NCBI GenBank assembly: GCA_013265495.1
Contig: MU058650.1
Location: 771,394-835,393 of the forward strand
Source of the DNA: Vicugna vicugna
Taxonomy: Eukaryota
Direction of reading: 5' to 3'
Length of the DNA stretch: 64,000 nucleotides
Position numbers and translations under genes: made by a program. Of this stretch, positions 1 to 13,207 are shown piece after piece (within the stretch, counting starts at the first letter, position 1; each line of letters starts with the position of its first letter). The notes beneath the pieces were generated by a model. It had not been told where the DNA came from and did not search any database. It saw nothing but the letters and a program-made list of their open reading frames with translations.

Positions 1-1501
1 TTAACTATAGTATATAATATACATGTTAGGTTATTTTGAATAAATTAAGGTTTTAATTTCTGTTATTTAAAATTAGAACTTCTTGATTTCTTAAAAGTCC
101 TATCTTTCGCCAAGATAATACTATTTTACTCACTTTTAACTCTTGTACTAAATTTAGCTCACCTTTACATGGCAAAACAATCCTTAGTTAGACCAAGCAA
201 TTAAATATTAAATATAACTTGTGAACATAAGGAGCAAATTTTAAAGGTGAAATTAACTTTCAAATAAGCACGATTTAAAAACGTCAGTATTACTGCTGTT
301 CCCTATTTAAAAGACATGGGTTGCCTGTTTTGACACTACAATGTAGCACATTCAATATAAAACTAAACCCAAAGCAAATAAATACATCTTTAATGATCAT
401 ATAACAGGTTTAGGGTAGAAGAGAAAAGTGACATCCCATTCTGCCAAGAGATGACATTCTTGTCACCCATCCTAGCGACAGCAGCTGCTCTATGTTGTGC
501 TCTATACCTCAGTGCCCATAGTCACAATCATCTAAGACTCTACTGAGGAAGTTCAAGGGGGAAAAAAATAGAAGAAAAGCATGATAATAATCTTCTTCTC
601 AACTGGTTTTGTTTAACATAGGGCTGGCATGGGTTTTGGGATTATCTGGCTTGTTCCCCTATACTTTAATAGCATGACTCCTCAAATCAAATAATCAGAT
701 TGTTTTTAAAAATTTCTACAGGAAAAGTAGAAATCCACCACCTTATCAATGTTGACAGATTTTATAATCCTTGTTAATGGAATTTACATTCCAAATTAAA
801 CTTTACCATCCTATACTGTCTAAACGTTGCATTTGCAAGTTCCTACAGCACCTCACAAAACATTATCTTTTCTAATTGCATATGCCATTATTGCATATAT
901 GGTTCTACATTTACAAATTTATATTAGTCTATAAATTATACTATACTCAGGTCAGTATCAAACAAAGGCTATTTGGTTAAAGCTATTTGAATATTATAAT
1001 GCCACTCAGTTGATTAAAAATCTAGTCATTTATCACATGTCCAAAACTGTATGTCAAGGTTAGATTTTAGTTTCTTTTTACAAGTAGCACAATGAGGTAT
1101 TAAATACTAAAACTTGCAGCAATATCTTGCTTCAGCAATTGTAATTTGTACTGTTTGCATGTAACTGTCTTTGGTGTTGATGAGTTTTAATGATGAGTTT
1201 TCTAGAATTATGACTATAATTTTGAGTGGAAAGTACTTCAAGGTAAAACTTTAATTTTTCATTTGAGAAATGAGTAATTAAACTAGAAATTATAAATTAC
1301 CATTTGATAGTATAGTCATACTTTAAGTATCCGTTTTATTTTTTAACTTGCAGAATATTTTGTGCTTTATTTCATTTGTTTGTATGAAATTTGACATAAA
1401 TATATAGGAGAAAAAAAGTATCAGAATAAAGATAATTGTATTCATAAAACCATACTATAACAAAAAAAATAAGTCTATATGTAAAGACTATCTATAAATA
1501 C

Positions 1502-1657
1502 CTTAAAATAGATGGGAGCCATATCACCCACTTCCTTTGGGAGAGGAATGCATTCATAAACCATATGATACTGCTTCTTCATGCTCATATTCGTTTCTAA
1601 AAAGATACAGTCCAATCCTTTTTCTTCGAACATCTTTACCAATGATTTTCTGAACAT
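1502..1657 (-). CDS. CWF19L2: CWF19L2 coding exon (~exon 15), [52 protein letters not shown]
   Basis: ttttcttttcttcag|ATG...AAG|gtattt; 156 nt, phase 0-0. Confidence 0.95.
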
Positions 1658-2154
1658 CTGAAGAAAAGAAAATGGCTAGGTAAATGAAGCAGTCAGAGGA
1701 GATTCAAAATAAGAAAACAATAAAAAGTACAATAAATTCCTTTAAAAAAAAACAGTAAACAATGTCTGAACTCTGTAATGTGACGTTATAGTTTTTACTT
1801 TCTAAATCTACTACAGAGTTTCACATAGCTAAGCAACATTTTTTAAAAACTGAAACTCACTCTGCAATTATGTATGCATAATTGTATATATAATATACAA
1901 TTGTGTATATATTAGAAACAGTTCCAGTAAACTAAAATAAGAAAAGGAAGAGATAAATTAAAATTTAGGTGGTAAAATATATAGAACTGACAGGGGAAAA
2001 CATCCATAAGCCAAAAAAAGGTGCTCGGAGCAGGTAGGCATCCTTAAATTCAGTAACAGACAAGCAGAATTCACTTCCAATTGCTTTTTTATCCTCACAG
2101 TAATTTTATTTTCTGGTTACCTTCATATGAGTGCCGATCTTTCTCTTTCAACTT

Positions 2155-2472
2155 TTGTGTTTTTTGAGGTACAGTCAGTTTACAATGTTGTGCCAATTTC
2201 TGGTGTACAGCACAATGTTTCAGTCATACATGAACATACGTATATTCGTTTTCATATTCTTTTTCACCATACGCTACCACAAGATACTGAATGTAGTTCC
2301 CTGTGCTATACAGTATAAACCTGTTTATCTATTTTATATACGCCAGTCAGTATCTGCAAATCTCGAGCTCCCAGTTTATCCCTTCCCACCCGCTTCCCCC
2401 TGGTAACCATAATTTTGTTTTCTATGTCTGTGAGTCTGTTTCTGTTTTATATATAAGTTCATTTGCCTTTTT
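2155..2472 (-). mobile_element. LINE-1 3' UTR fragment, relatively young cetartiodactyl/camelid-type
   Basis: T-rich tail at the left followed by typical antisense L1 3' text (tacaatgttgtgccaatttctggtgtacagc...gttccctgtgctatacagt...tggtaaccataattttgttttctatgtctgtgagtctgtttctg). Confidence 0.8.
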
Positions 2473-3139
2473 ACTCAGCATAATTCCCTAGAGATTCAAC
2501 CAGGTTGTTGTTGAGACCCTGTCTAATTACTGCCAAGCGGAGACAGAAGTTCAGGTTTTTCATTCAAACCTCTGTTGACAACCAAAAGGGGCAAAGGCTA
2601 CAAATTACTGCTGGGCAGGGTATGGGAGTTCTGGTTTCCCACCAGGTCTCCACTGATCATTTTTTATTCATCATTCATTACTATTCTAATTTCCACTCAT
2701 TTTATAAAATAAAAGCAAGTAGGGAAAAAAAGAAATAAGATAATTATAATTTGAGGTGAACTAGAAAGATATCTAGCAAGCAACAGATAGGGGATTTGCT
2801 ATTCATTTCTAACCTCAGCTATAGATAAGTTCAGCATAGTCTCTTTACAACAATCAATTTGCTGTCGATCTCAAAATCTTGGCCAACACCTACAATCTCA
2901 TGATAGGTGACTGTTAGATAAATCATTGTAGATGATTATATATGATTGCTTCCCCTTTTAAAAATTCTCTGCCTTTGGCATTATGCTTTCTAAAATCACA
3001 TTAACAGAGGCAGTGCACACAATAACGTTAAATTATGATAAAAATATAAAATATTGGTATAGATATCTATATGGTAAAACTGATCACTCAGATTTTATAT
3101 TTGCCACACTCCTAATCTGATTCCTGCATATAACAACAC

Positions 3140-3510
3140 TTTCCCAAACACAGCTGTGCTCACTAACCTGTTTCATCTTCCTGTTCCTGGGTAACAAGAA
3201 GACTACATTCCCTAGACTCTCTGACACTTGAGCGAGGCCACGTTTAGCTCTGGGTAATGGGATGTATGTGGAAATGGTATGTGTCACTTGTGTACTGAAG
3301 CAGTTATTAAGAGGCAGGGTGCCTTCTCACATTCATTTTCTTCCATCCAAGGGGCGGAAAGAGAAGGACCACAGGAGAACCTTCCCATGGAAGGAGCCCT
3401 GGATGCCTGAATCACTCCTTGGAGGCTATCTGCCACACTGGACTATGATACAAGAAATTAACTTCCACGGCCTCAAAATACTGCGAATTAGGTTTTGTTT
3501 GCAACAGGAG
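3140..3510 (+). mobile_element. Old MaLR solo LTR (MLT1I/J-like)
   Basis: Motifs gactacattccctagactct, aatgggatgtatgtggaaatggtatgtgtcactt, ggagccctggatgcctgaatcact and gaaattaacttc; ends approximate. Confidence 0.6.
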
Positions 3511-5029
3511 TGAAGAATAAGGTGGGTAATCCATTGACATCAGTGATATAACTGAAGCTGCTTCAGATACACCAGAAAGTGACAACAGTTAACCCCGCTT
3601 TTCCCTCTACTCAATTGTATGCCCCAGACACTTACCTTCACAAGCCTAATGGTACACGCATACAATAATTAAAAGACAAAACCAAGTGGGGAAATATAGA
3701 ACTCTGGTTTTATAACATAGTTTTTTAGATTTTTTTACTTTGTTAACTGTTAGTACATTTGTGAATTTTTGTTTATTATGATTATTTTCAATTAAGTGTT
3801 ATTTATTTCATTATCACTTAGTTCTGTGGTGAGAAGATAATTTTATATACTAGAAAAAGGAGAATCATTTCTAGAATGGAACTATATACTTGAAAACCAA
3901 AGTTTCTTTTTCTTAATGAAAAAGTAGATAAAAAGAAGCAGCAACAACAAAAATTTAGATGCTTTAAAGATTATCTCACAAACTTCTTTACTTCCTATTT
4001 GTTCATAAATCTTTCCTGGTTTAATGACTGTTCCAGAGTCTATCTGGATAAGAGTAAAGAAGACAGACTTAAGAGGTCATGGATTATAAATGAAAACTTA
4101 AAAGAAATAAATCAGTAGTGATACAAGAGTAGTTCAGTATTATAAAATATATAAACATCATACTTCTAGTCTCAAGGAGGTTACACACATACATTTAAGT
4201 ACTTCTTCTCCTGTGTGTATATAAAAGAATTTAATTTAAAGACATGAGTTTAATGGTGTAATTTGAGGTGTTCAACTCCATTAAAGCAAGATTTCTCCAA
4301 GCTCATGTAACAAATACACTACAGTAGTTAAATAATATTCATTCTTTTAAAGTTATATGAAAACTAAACAATGAAGAAAGCATTCTAGCACATTATCATA
4401 AGATACTAAAACTATTTTATGCTTCAGAGAGATACAGAGAGCTCACATTATGGGAGGAGTGACATAAAATCCCCATATTCCTAGTAGAAAACACTTCATC
4501 ATTCAGGTAATCACTATTTTCTGTATTTCTAAACTATGATTACTCACCTAATTGCCATTCCTCATTTAGTTAACACATCTGGACCTAAACTGCTAACAAT
4601 ATATTTAAGTAAATTATACTACACAATGTTATGATTCTTAATTTGTATCAAATCACAGTACCAAAAACTCAGGTAAATATGAGTAAAGAAATTCCAAATA
4701 AAAATTAAAATATTTTCATTAAAATATCAAAGCTATTTAGGGCTGATGATATAATATTAATATTATAATTTATTCAAATTTTCTAAAAAGAACACGTCTA
4801 AAGTCATTCAAACATAAATGTGATGTGATAGTAGAGAACATACACATTTAACTCTATATAGTTCATGGAGTGACCCCTACAAAAATGACATTCAAGTAAT
4901 TGTCAAAAGAGCACAAAGCTATTAGAACAAAGAAAATGAGAGAAAATACACTGAAAATCATTATCACCCCATAATACTTGACTTAAACACTAAAAAGTTG
5001 GTTCACACCTGTGTGGTGTGGGAGGAGGG

Positions 5030-5580
5030 GACTTAGCAGGGATAGTAAAAAAGACAGCCATGCTGCACTGCAGAATTCTCAAAAGGCTCACAAATTGGCA
5101 GCACCAAGGAGTTATGGACGAAGAGGTGAAGGTGTGGTGAAAAACAGATGACACAGATGAAAGTCTCTTGGAAGAACAATTAACATGCCAGATCCCCTCC
5201 TCCACACCAGGAAAACATTATTGGATTATTTTTCGGAGAAGGCAAACAGCAAGGCTACTGGGCTGGGAAAACCAGACACAGTTGAGAGTATACAGTCTGA
5301 AAACAGGGGCATCATAGAAAAATGTTACTTAGTGTTTGTTCTTAAATGTTTGAGATTCCGTCACCCTAGCCTTCTTCCCCAGCTCAGCTCACAGAACACT
5401 GGAAAGCAGGTGCAGATGCTCTGGGCAAGAGACTGAGTCTTTTCTGGAGACTTTGACTAGCCCTAAGAAAAAGACCTAACGGTGCTATGCACTGGAAGTT
5501 TCCCACTGAAATGGCACCGCAGAGAAGCCCACTGCAGATGAGCGTCAGTGGCCCCACCACCACACTGCTGATCTGAGATG
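5030..5580 (+). mobile_element. Ancient L1 (L1M-type) 5' region remnant
   Basis: Recalled similarity (attctcaaaaggctcacaaattggcagcacca, ccagatcccctcctccac, ccctaagaaaaagaccta); low resolution. Confidence 0.45.
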
Positions 5581-7255
5581 TTTATCTGACTACAACATAC
5601 TTCAAGCATATTAGTCAAACTGATGAGAATATACTCAAAGCGGACAGTTTCACTAAGTATTTAATAAAACTAAAAATTTAGATCTTATTCATTAGAAATC
5701 TCTGATTATTCTCATATGCTCCGCTGACATTTTTCTTTGCATATTCTATTAAATACAAGGTCTAAAATTAAATTTAAATGTTACTAGAGGATGGTGACAA
5801 AAACCACTTGAAGGAAGTGGCCCTTGCATTTGCAAACATTATTTTTTGCTAAGTCAAACCATTTTTAAAATATATTCTCTAAAAGTAGTGCGTGACCATA
5901 AGCGTATTCACCAGGGCATAATTAGTTTCTGTACATATATGAAAGTCAACACAGAAATTAGTAAGACAACATTTCTTTAAATAAGCTAGAATTTAGATAT
6001 TTTCTTCATTCACTATCTTAGAGTACTTTACATCTTCTAACAACTTTTTATCACAAAAAAAAGAGCTATAATGTCATTACTTGCATAAAACAATCTGTCT
6101 TTTCCTCCCTCGCTCAGTTTTCTATCATGCGTGTGGGTTACAAAATCTGCTAAACTATAATGTAACCTGTGCTAGTATATGCCATACTTTTGGGCAGAAT
6201 TAATGAGTGATTTTATCTCTGCATTTCCACAATACCTGGACTATCTTACACTCATGCACTTAGTATCTACTGAACTGAATAAATTTCTTCTTTAGCCATC
6301 TCAGTGTTTTTTTAACAAGTAGCTTAATTTCTTACAGAAACATAAAACATACAGACTGGACTCCTGTATTACTGAAAATCTTTTGACACTGTATTTTTGC
6401 TCTAAGTTAAATTAGTTTTGCACGTATACACTTTTGAAAACCATTCCAGAAAAGTTCCAAAATAATTCTGAAAACCAAATGTGCAATAGTTTCCACTTTA
6501 AATTATTTACTACACTGGCATCCACTACTGGAAAAAAAAATTTTCTCACATCAAATATACTTGTCCATACTTGCTTGCCCATAGATGCATTAAAACAGTC
6601 TGCCCTTCAACTTCCACAGCATAAACTTAAAGATTTCAGGGAGTAAGAGACTGAATTTCACAAAATGCAGTAAAAATACCTCCTCTCTTGTATCCTTATA
6701 AGCAAAGACTAGAATTAGTCTCTTTCGAAGGCTTAAAATTTTCATGTTTTCTAACCAGGGGTTCCTATAACCCTATTCAGTTGTCAGCTATTAGGAAAAC
6801 AAGAGTTTTCCTTCTTTCTTTTTTGGTCATTATAAGATCTCGAGATAACTCAGCTGCAATTTTGCCCAAGTTGATCTTTTCATTTCTTGAAAAATCAACC
6901 ACAAAAAACAAACAAAAAATTCCTGCATCCAAAAGCTGGCCCAGGTTATAGGGGGAAAGAGTGGAAATTAAAGCTGGTAACAAAGTTACAACAAAATCAC
7001 AGCAGCAGAAAAGGTCAACGCCAATTACAGGAAAGTATGACAACTGCTAAATATAAATTTATAACTTCCAAAAATTATTTTTTATTACCTGAAAATATCT
7101 TTCCTTTTGGTTGTAATTTATTAGCTTACTGTGGTAACAATGATTATTTCAATTTCCACAAAAGCAAAGACTGAAAATCTTACACTGATTTTTTTTTAAG
7201 TAAAAATAATTACTACTTGGTCACAGTTTATTTAAATAGTAGACAAAAGCTTCCA

Positions 7256-7313
7256 GTTGTGCACCTGAGACTATTATGTTATATGACAATTATACCTCAA
7301 TAAAATTTTTTTT
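7256..7313 (+). mobile_element. Extremely 5'-truncated L1 3' tip with target-site duplication
   Basis: gttgtgcacctgagactattatgttatatgacaattatacctcaataaaa, flanked by aaagcttcca (7246-7255) and aaagctttca (7314-7323). Confidence 0.7.
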
Positions 7314-7499
7314 AAAGCTTTCAATAAAGTAAAAAGGTAGTGAGTGGTAAAAACATCATGACAATTATGGAAATGTGTATGTGTTCACATTCAGAAAGTA
7401 ATGAGTCTACCTAACGAAGGTATAAAATTGTTAGAATTTCACAGTAGATGTGAAGACTGCTCTTAATCAGTTGCAACGCATCAAGAGCCTTCTGCCGAC

Positions 7500-7616
7500 C
7501 TGCATTTCCTCCCAGATGTCCTCGTCCAGCGAGGTGGCCGCTCTGTGGTGCTGCAAAGGCACTATCAAGCAGTGCCCGTCCGTGAGCGACCGAACGTTGG
7601 GTAAACACAAGTAAAC
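7500..7616 (-). CDS. CWF19L2: CWF19L2 coding exon (~exon 14), [39 protein letters not shown]
   Basis: tttccccctag|GTT...CAG|gtcggc; 117 nt, phase 0-0; GHCLIVP..H motif of the CwfJ domain. ORF 7411-7608 in the track is a different, wrong frame. Confidence 0.93.
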
Positions 7617-8435
7617 CTAGGGGGAAAGGAGCAAGAGTGGGATGTTACTGCTGCTTACTCTCAGCTGGGAAAGACGAGCTCCCGGTAGGGTAACACGGCT
7701 AACAGTTAATAAAGTATACTTATTTACAAGCAATATATTTTACTTGAACATTTTGAAGTTATTCACTATTTAAAATTTTAAAAGCCATACAGAAAGCTTT
7801 CAATAAAGCAGAAATTTAAAAGCACAAGTCTCAGTTTCGACTGTTATACCTCAAAGGTTAAGCTTACCAAAGGGTAGCAGGAATGGTAGTTCATCCCTCA
7901 TCTGAGAAAACCCTTGAAACGACACAAATTTTGCAAGAATAAAAAAAACACACGACCTGGTAAGGGTAGGGAAGTTTAACCGATGCCTATGAAGCAGGCG
8001 TTCCTCCTCTCATCAGCTGAGAAAAGAGAAATTAACTTCTACATTGCTTTACACTACTGGTTAAGTTCTATTTTTGTACATACATGTAACACCTACGAGC
8101 TGGCACTATTTTTCCATTTTACACAAACTGTCTTTAAAAGAAAAAAGGTCAATTAGTAAGTCTATAGAGAGCACAAGGTGTTCATAAGGACCATAAATAA
8201 CATATTGCAAAGAGGCTTGATCCTATTTTCTATTATTTTGTTAGGTTTTAGCTAGAAAAATTTTATATGGAAGGATTAATTAATTGATGGATTTAGTTAT
8301 TTACTTAATACAAAATTATAAAACCTCACTGTAAGAGGATAAACTAGGCGTGCACGTGGATAAGGCTATCTACTTAAACTTACAGTTAAATCACAATCAT
8401 ATTCACAATTAAAAACAATACCGGGAATAAGCATT

Positions 8436-9379
8436 GGAGAGGTGGCCAAGGTGTTGGCGTGGGAAGACCCTGAATCCACCTCCCGCACAGGCACAACGGA
8501 ATTACAACTAACTACAGAGCAGCTGCCTACCTGGGCAACCTGAAGCCCAGGAGAAAAGGCATTCCACACTGAACGACATGAAGAAGGAACCACAGTGAGA
8601 CGGGAGACGGGGGTGGGGACGCAGTACAGTCAGAGCCCCCCCACCCCAGGCCAGTGGCCCGCAGACGAGAGGAATAGTACAACTGCAGAGCAACTGGATC
8701 AAGGAATCCAAGCCCCCACACCGGGTCCCCAGGCAGCGGGCCTGCAACATGCAGCCACGTCCCCCCGAATGCCTGGCTCTGAAGGCCCGCAAGGCTTTCG
8801 CACAGCAGACCCCAAGGGTAATAGGGAACAGCGCTCCATTCTTAAAGGTCGTGTGCAAATGGGACACGCTCTGAGTCCCGGCCTAGAGGCAGCGGTTTAA
8901 AGGAGCCTGGTTCAGACCCACCTGCTGAACTTGGGGAGCCTCCCCGAGGGGCAGGAGGCAACTGGGGCTCCTCCTGGGGATGGAAAAGGTGGAAGCAGCC
9001 ATTTTTGGCAGCTCATTCTACCATGGTAACACCAGACTGGCAAGCACCATTTTGGAATCCCCCCTCTAGCCTGTAAGTGCGGGGACCAGGCCCACTCTCC
9101 AGTAAGCTGGCACAGCCCAGGAGCTCTGCTGGGCACACAGTCAACCACGCAGGAAGCCTGCCCAACGCACCAGCAAGAAGGCAGCAGCCCCACAGCCCAC
9201 AGGGTGACACAGGCAAACGCAAGGAACGCCTACCCTGCCCTCCAGCAGGACTGCAGCCACAGCATGAGGCCTCGCAGCCAATCACGCTGGGGCTCAGCCC
9301 TGCCCACCAGCTCCCCAGCAGCAGCTGACCTGCCAAACAAAAGGGTGCGTGCACCCCTAGGAATGTGGCTCTGGTCACC
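8436..9379 (+). mobile_element. GC-rich LINE-1 5' UTR segment (L1MA9/L1M-like), no ORF1, ORF2 or 3' end attached
   Basis: Sharp GC/CpG-rich block that begins ggagaggtggccaaggtgttggcgtgggaagaccctgaatccacctcc, like laurasiatherian L1 5' ends, and contains ttcagacccacctgctgaacttggggagcctcccc and gcagccatttttgg. Explains the overlapping ORF cluster at 8366-9392. Confidence 0.7.
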
Positions 9380-9559
9380 AAATATTTACTGAAATAAATG
9401 ACTACTACTAGTGACTATTAAATAAGTGAGTGTTAATATTTATTTAAAGAAGTGACTATAAACATACATGCCTGGTATACAATGATGAGCAAAAGTTATC
9501 TATGCCCTCCCAGCACTTACAGACTACTGGGGGAGACACTCAACAAGGAAAACAAAATA

Positions 9560-9775
9560 CAGTTGACCCTTGAACAACACGGACTGGAAGTGCCTGGGTC
9601 CAACTATACATGGATTTTTTTCAATAAATACGACAGTACTGTATGATCCGTAACTGGTTAAACCCACAGACAGGGAACCACAGATCCGGGGGGCTGACTG
9701 TGGGACTTGAGCGTCTATGGATTTTGGCACACAGGGACTGCTGGATCCAATCCCCCATGGACACCAACGAACGCA
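9560..9775 (+). mobile_element. TcMar-Tigger MITE (Tigger2/MER2-related)
   Basis: TA followed by TIR cagttgacccttgaacaacac; right end gggacttgagcgtctatggattttgg...ccaatcccccatggacacc. Confidence 0.75.
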
Positions 9776-10233
9776 TAAACTTCTTCAAACTATAAGATAT
9801 TCTAAGAAGAAACCAGAAAGTTCTCTGAGAAAGTAAGGGAAGAAGCTACTTTAGACTGAGGATCTCTGAAGTGATTTTAATACTGAGAATCAAGTACTAA
9901 TCAAGAAAATAAGATCACACAGATGGCAAATGGCAGAGCAAGAATCTGAATCCAGTTGGTCTGGTTCCAAAGTCCAGGGCCTAAAGCACCACTCAGTGCT
10001 GGCTCTCTATAGAGAAGAATTACACAGAACGTGAGCTTCACGTCATTTAGATATTTACACTTTGCTCTAAAGAAGATTCTAAGAAATCACAGGAACTTAG
10101 AAAAGAAAAATATTTGAAACATAGAATAAGAGAAGACAGATTTCTTAGAATCTTATAAGAGTATGAAGAAAGAGGCAAATTTACATAAACCACTAAACCA
10201 TTTCCACAGAGCAATAAACGTTACACTTCTTAC

Positions 10234-10446
10234 CTTAACACCTATTGCAACAATAAGGTGCTTGGGAAACCGAGAGCTGTCAAAACAATACAGACATTTT
10301 TCCATTTGTGCAGCAAGACTCCGGTGCTCTGCAATAGCTTTCTTCCTCTGACTCTCTTCCCCTTCACCAAAACACTCTCTCTCAGCTGCTTTGGAGACAA
10401 ACATATCATCCAGAGTGTAATAGTCACCATCTGTTTTTCCCATAAA
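10234..10446 (-). CDS. CWF19L2: CWF19L2 coding exon (~exon 13), [16 protein letters not shown]...[23 protein letters not shown]; start of the CwfJ C-terminal (HIT-like, CxxC) domain
   Basis: ggtttttcag|TTT...AAG|gtaaga; 213 nt, phase 0-0; core of ORF 10153-10458. Confidence 0.95.
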
Positions 10447-10619
10447 CTGAAAAACCAAAATAACAGCAATGAGGATAAGGTAGCGGTTAATTCACAGTTT
10501 ACTGTGCTGTGGCACACTGAAGCCATACTTATAAGTTCTGTGATAAAACTCTTACATTTTAAAAAGAAAGAAAGAAAAAGAAAACATGATTAAAATGTGA
10601 ACTTGATCTGCAAGGGTAA

Positions 10620-11530
10620 CCATCCTCATCATGACAGCTAAAGTTTACTGAGTATTTACTATGTACAATTCTATGTGATTTTATTGTTTTATACGCCTGT
10701 GAGGAGGGAACCATTATCATTTCTACTTAATAAACGAGGAAACTGAACCACAGAGAGGTTAAAAAAAAAAAACAACTTTCACTTTAAAATTAGCATACAC
10801 TCCACACAGAACATGAAACATTTTTCAGCTGTATCTCAAGGCACCGTCTCCACACCGCCCCCAGCATAAAACTGTAGCCAGAGTGATGTTTTAAGACAGA
10901 AATTTTATTTATTTATTTTATTTATGTCCCTGCTTAAAATCCTCAAAGAGCTCTACACTGTGAACGGGATCAAGTTCAGACTGCTGTCTGGCCCACAGAG
11001 TCGCAGACACAGAAAGGTAAGGGTTAAAGGCTTGGGATGTACAGACAGAATAACCATGGTAAAATTCTATCTCCTCTCTGCACACCCTTGGGCACGTTAT
11101 TTAACCTCTCTGTGATCTCTCTATGTTTTACTGCCTCATGCTACAATGGTTCTAACAGTATTGTCCATCTAATAGGGTTATCTTGCTTAATCCTCACAGC
11201 ACATGCCTGCCACACAACACGGACTCAGAAATCTGAGTCGCTTCAGTCATGTCTGATCACGTCCCTACTCAAACTCTACACCCTTGCCACCCTATTTCAG
11301 TCCCCAAAAGCACTGTCACCCTCAGGCCTTGTACGCACTGCTCTCTGATCGATTCTGCCCTCAATTCTGCCGTTCCTACTCCTACTCAGTCTTTTAACCT
11401 GAGGCTCAGATTTAGCTGTCGCCTCCATGAAAGAACTTTCCTAGGTCGTCCAAGCTCCTTTAGTGCTGTACCGAGGGCCACACCGTTCCATGACAGTCAT
11501 GCACTTCTCTTTTTCTTCCATTAGACTGAG
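10620..11530. mobile_element. MIR and L2 fragments
   Basis: MIR core gaggaaactgaaccacagagaggttaa (~10737-10762), cccttgggcacgttatttaacctctctg (~11086-11112) and degraded L2-like text. Confidence 0.55.
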
Positions 11531-11639
11531 TTCTAAGTTCTACTTAGTCCGCTAAATACCAAAAAGAGCACTACTCTTTCTTTATCATCAAGCAAAAGCA
11601 ATAGCAAGATGCCTGGATCTTACTGGACATTTAAAAAGA

Positions 11640-12425
11640 TATAGAGAAAGCCAGAGCGACCACATCAGTGTCAGAGAAAGTAGATTTCAAAGCAAAGAAC
11701 ATTATGAAGGATACAGAAGGTCATTCCGTAACGACAGAAGACTCATACCATCAAGAGGACAAAACAACCCTCAAGTGTATGTGTCTAACAGCAGAGTTTC
11801 AAAATATATGAAGCAGAAACTTGACAGAACTGTAAGAGAAACAGACAAACCCACACTGTGGTCAGAAATTTAAAGGCTACTCTCTGTAATTGACAAAAAC
11901 AAGTAGAAAATAAACAGGCGCACAGAAGACTTGAAGAAACCGTCAACTAATCTGATGTAACTGACACGGACAGGAAGCTTATCCGATACCAGCAGATGAA
12001 CTCGCCCCTCAGGTGCACAGAGCACGTTCACCCAGACAGGTGGCATTCTCAGCCATCACAGAAAGATTCGATAAGTTTAAAAGGATTCAAGTAACATGGA
12101 TTACGTGCTCTGAAAACAACGGAACTAATCTAGAAATCCCAAGAGAAGGATATTTGGGAAATTGCCAATTATTTGAATATTTAAAAGCATACTTCCAAAT
12201 AGCCGATGGATCATCAAACAAATTTAGAAAATAGAAGGTAGTTTGAACTTTAATAAAACAAAAATACAACGTGTGAGAATTTGTGGTTTCCTGCAACAGA
12301 GGGGCAGCTGCAGCTCTGACCACCTGTGTCAGAAAACAAGGCCTCAAACCAGTGACGTCGACGTCCACCTTAAAAAACCAGAAAAAGAGGACAAAACAAA
12401 ACTAAATGCAAGCAGAAGAAAACTT
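11640..12425 (+). mobile_element. Degenerate L1 ORF2 endonuclease-region fragment
   Basis: tcagagaaagtagatttcaaagcaaagaacatt, cagagtttcaaaatatatgaagcagaaacttgacagaactg, aaactaaatgcaagcagaag; frameshifted. Confidence 0.75.
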
Positions 12426-13029
12426 CTAAAATGTCATTATTGACAGAATCGGGTAGAAAGATTATTATTAGTAAGGTATTTCCTAGAGGACATTAGCTTC
12501 CTCGTCCATACTAGGAATTTATTTTTAGCCTCTTACTTTCTCATTAATCCTTGTGTACCTCTCTATTCTTTCAAGTTTGTCTATTTACATGTACTGCCCT
12601 GACTTACAAACTGTTATTTTAACTTCAGACCTTTATCTCAACCATAATATATTACATTTTGAAAAATATCAGAACAGGCCACTAAAACTTTTCATGAAAA
12701 AAGTGACTAACCATATGCTAGGTATTAACAGAAACTTTAAGAATCCTCTCAGCCAAGTATTTCTACGACGCAGTATTTGGCATTCTCACTTGACAGATTA
12801 AAAAACTGAGGCTATTATCTTAATCAAAATCATATAAAATTATTAAGAGACAGAGCCAGGAATCACACACAGGCTGATCTGATTGTAAAACTGAGTGTCT
12901 GGCATGCAGTGAGCCTCTCTCACTTAAAAAATCCATCATTAAAACATAGAGAAGGAATATTCTTAATACAGTCTATGAAGCAGAATAAGAATTAGAAGAA
13001 ACCTTAAATTTCATCTAGAATAAACACAC

Positions 13030-13207
13030 CCAAATATTAGCAGGCATAAAGGTAGAAACAGATCTGGTACAAGTGGTAGAAATGGTGATTTTAATCCCCA
13101 CTTACATCAATGGACAGATCATCCAGAGAGAAAATAAATAAGGAAGCACTGGCTTTAAACAACACACTAGACTTGGTGAACTCCACAGACATATACAGAA
13201 CATTCCC
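13030..13207 (+). mobile_element. Short L1 ORF2 endonuclease fragment
   Basis: gattttaatccccacttacatcaatggacagatcatccagagagaaaataaataagg (GDFNTPL-like region). Confidence 0.65.

Noticed and set aside
1..1500. Search for further CWF19L2 exons at the window ends (also 61132-64000)
   Set aside because: The expected flanking peptides (KAIMESDEEW..., RDEWMTVDF...) were not found; those exons probably lie outside the window.
1862..1910. Overlapping AT-rich inverted repeats (caattatg/cataattg; aattgtatat/atatacaatt)
   Set aside because: Low-complexity TA-rich sequence; no evidence of function.
8366..9392. Cluster of 60-122 aa overlapping ORFs and CpG-island-like composition
   Set aside because: Explained by the GC-rich L1 5' UTR (few stop codons); no recognisable protein motifs.
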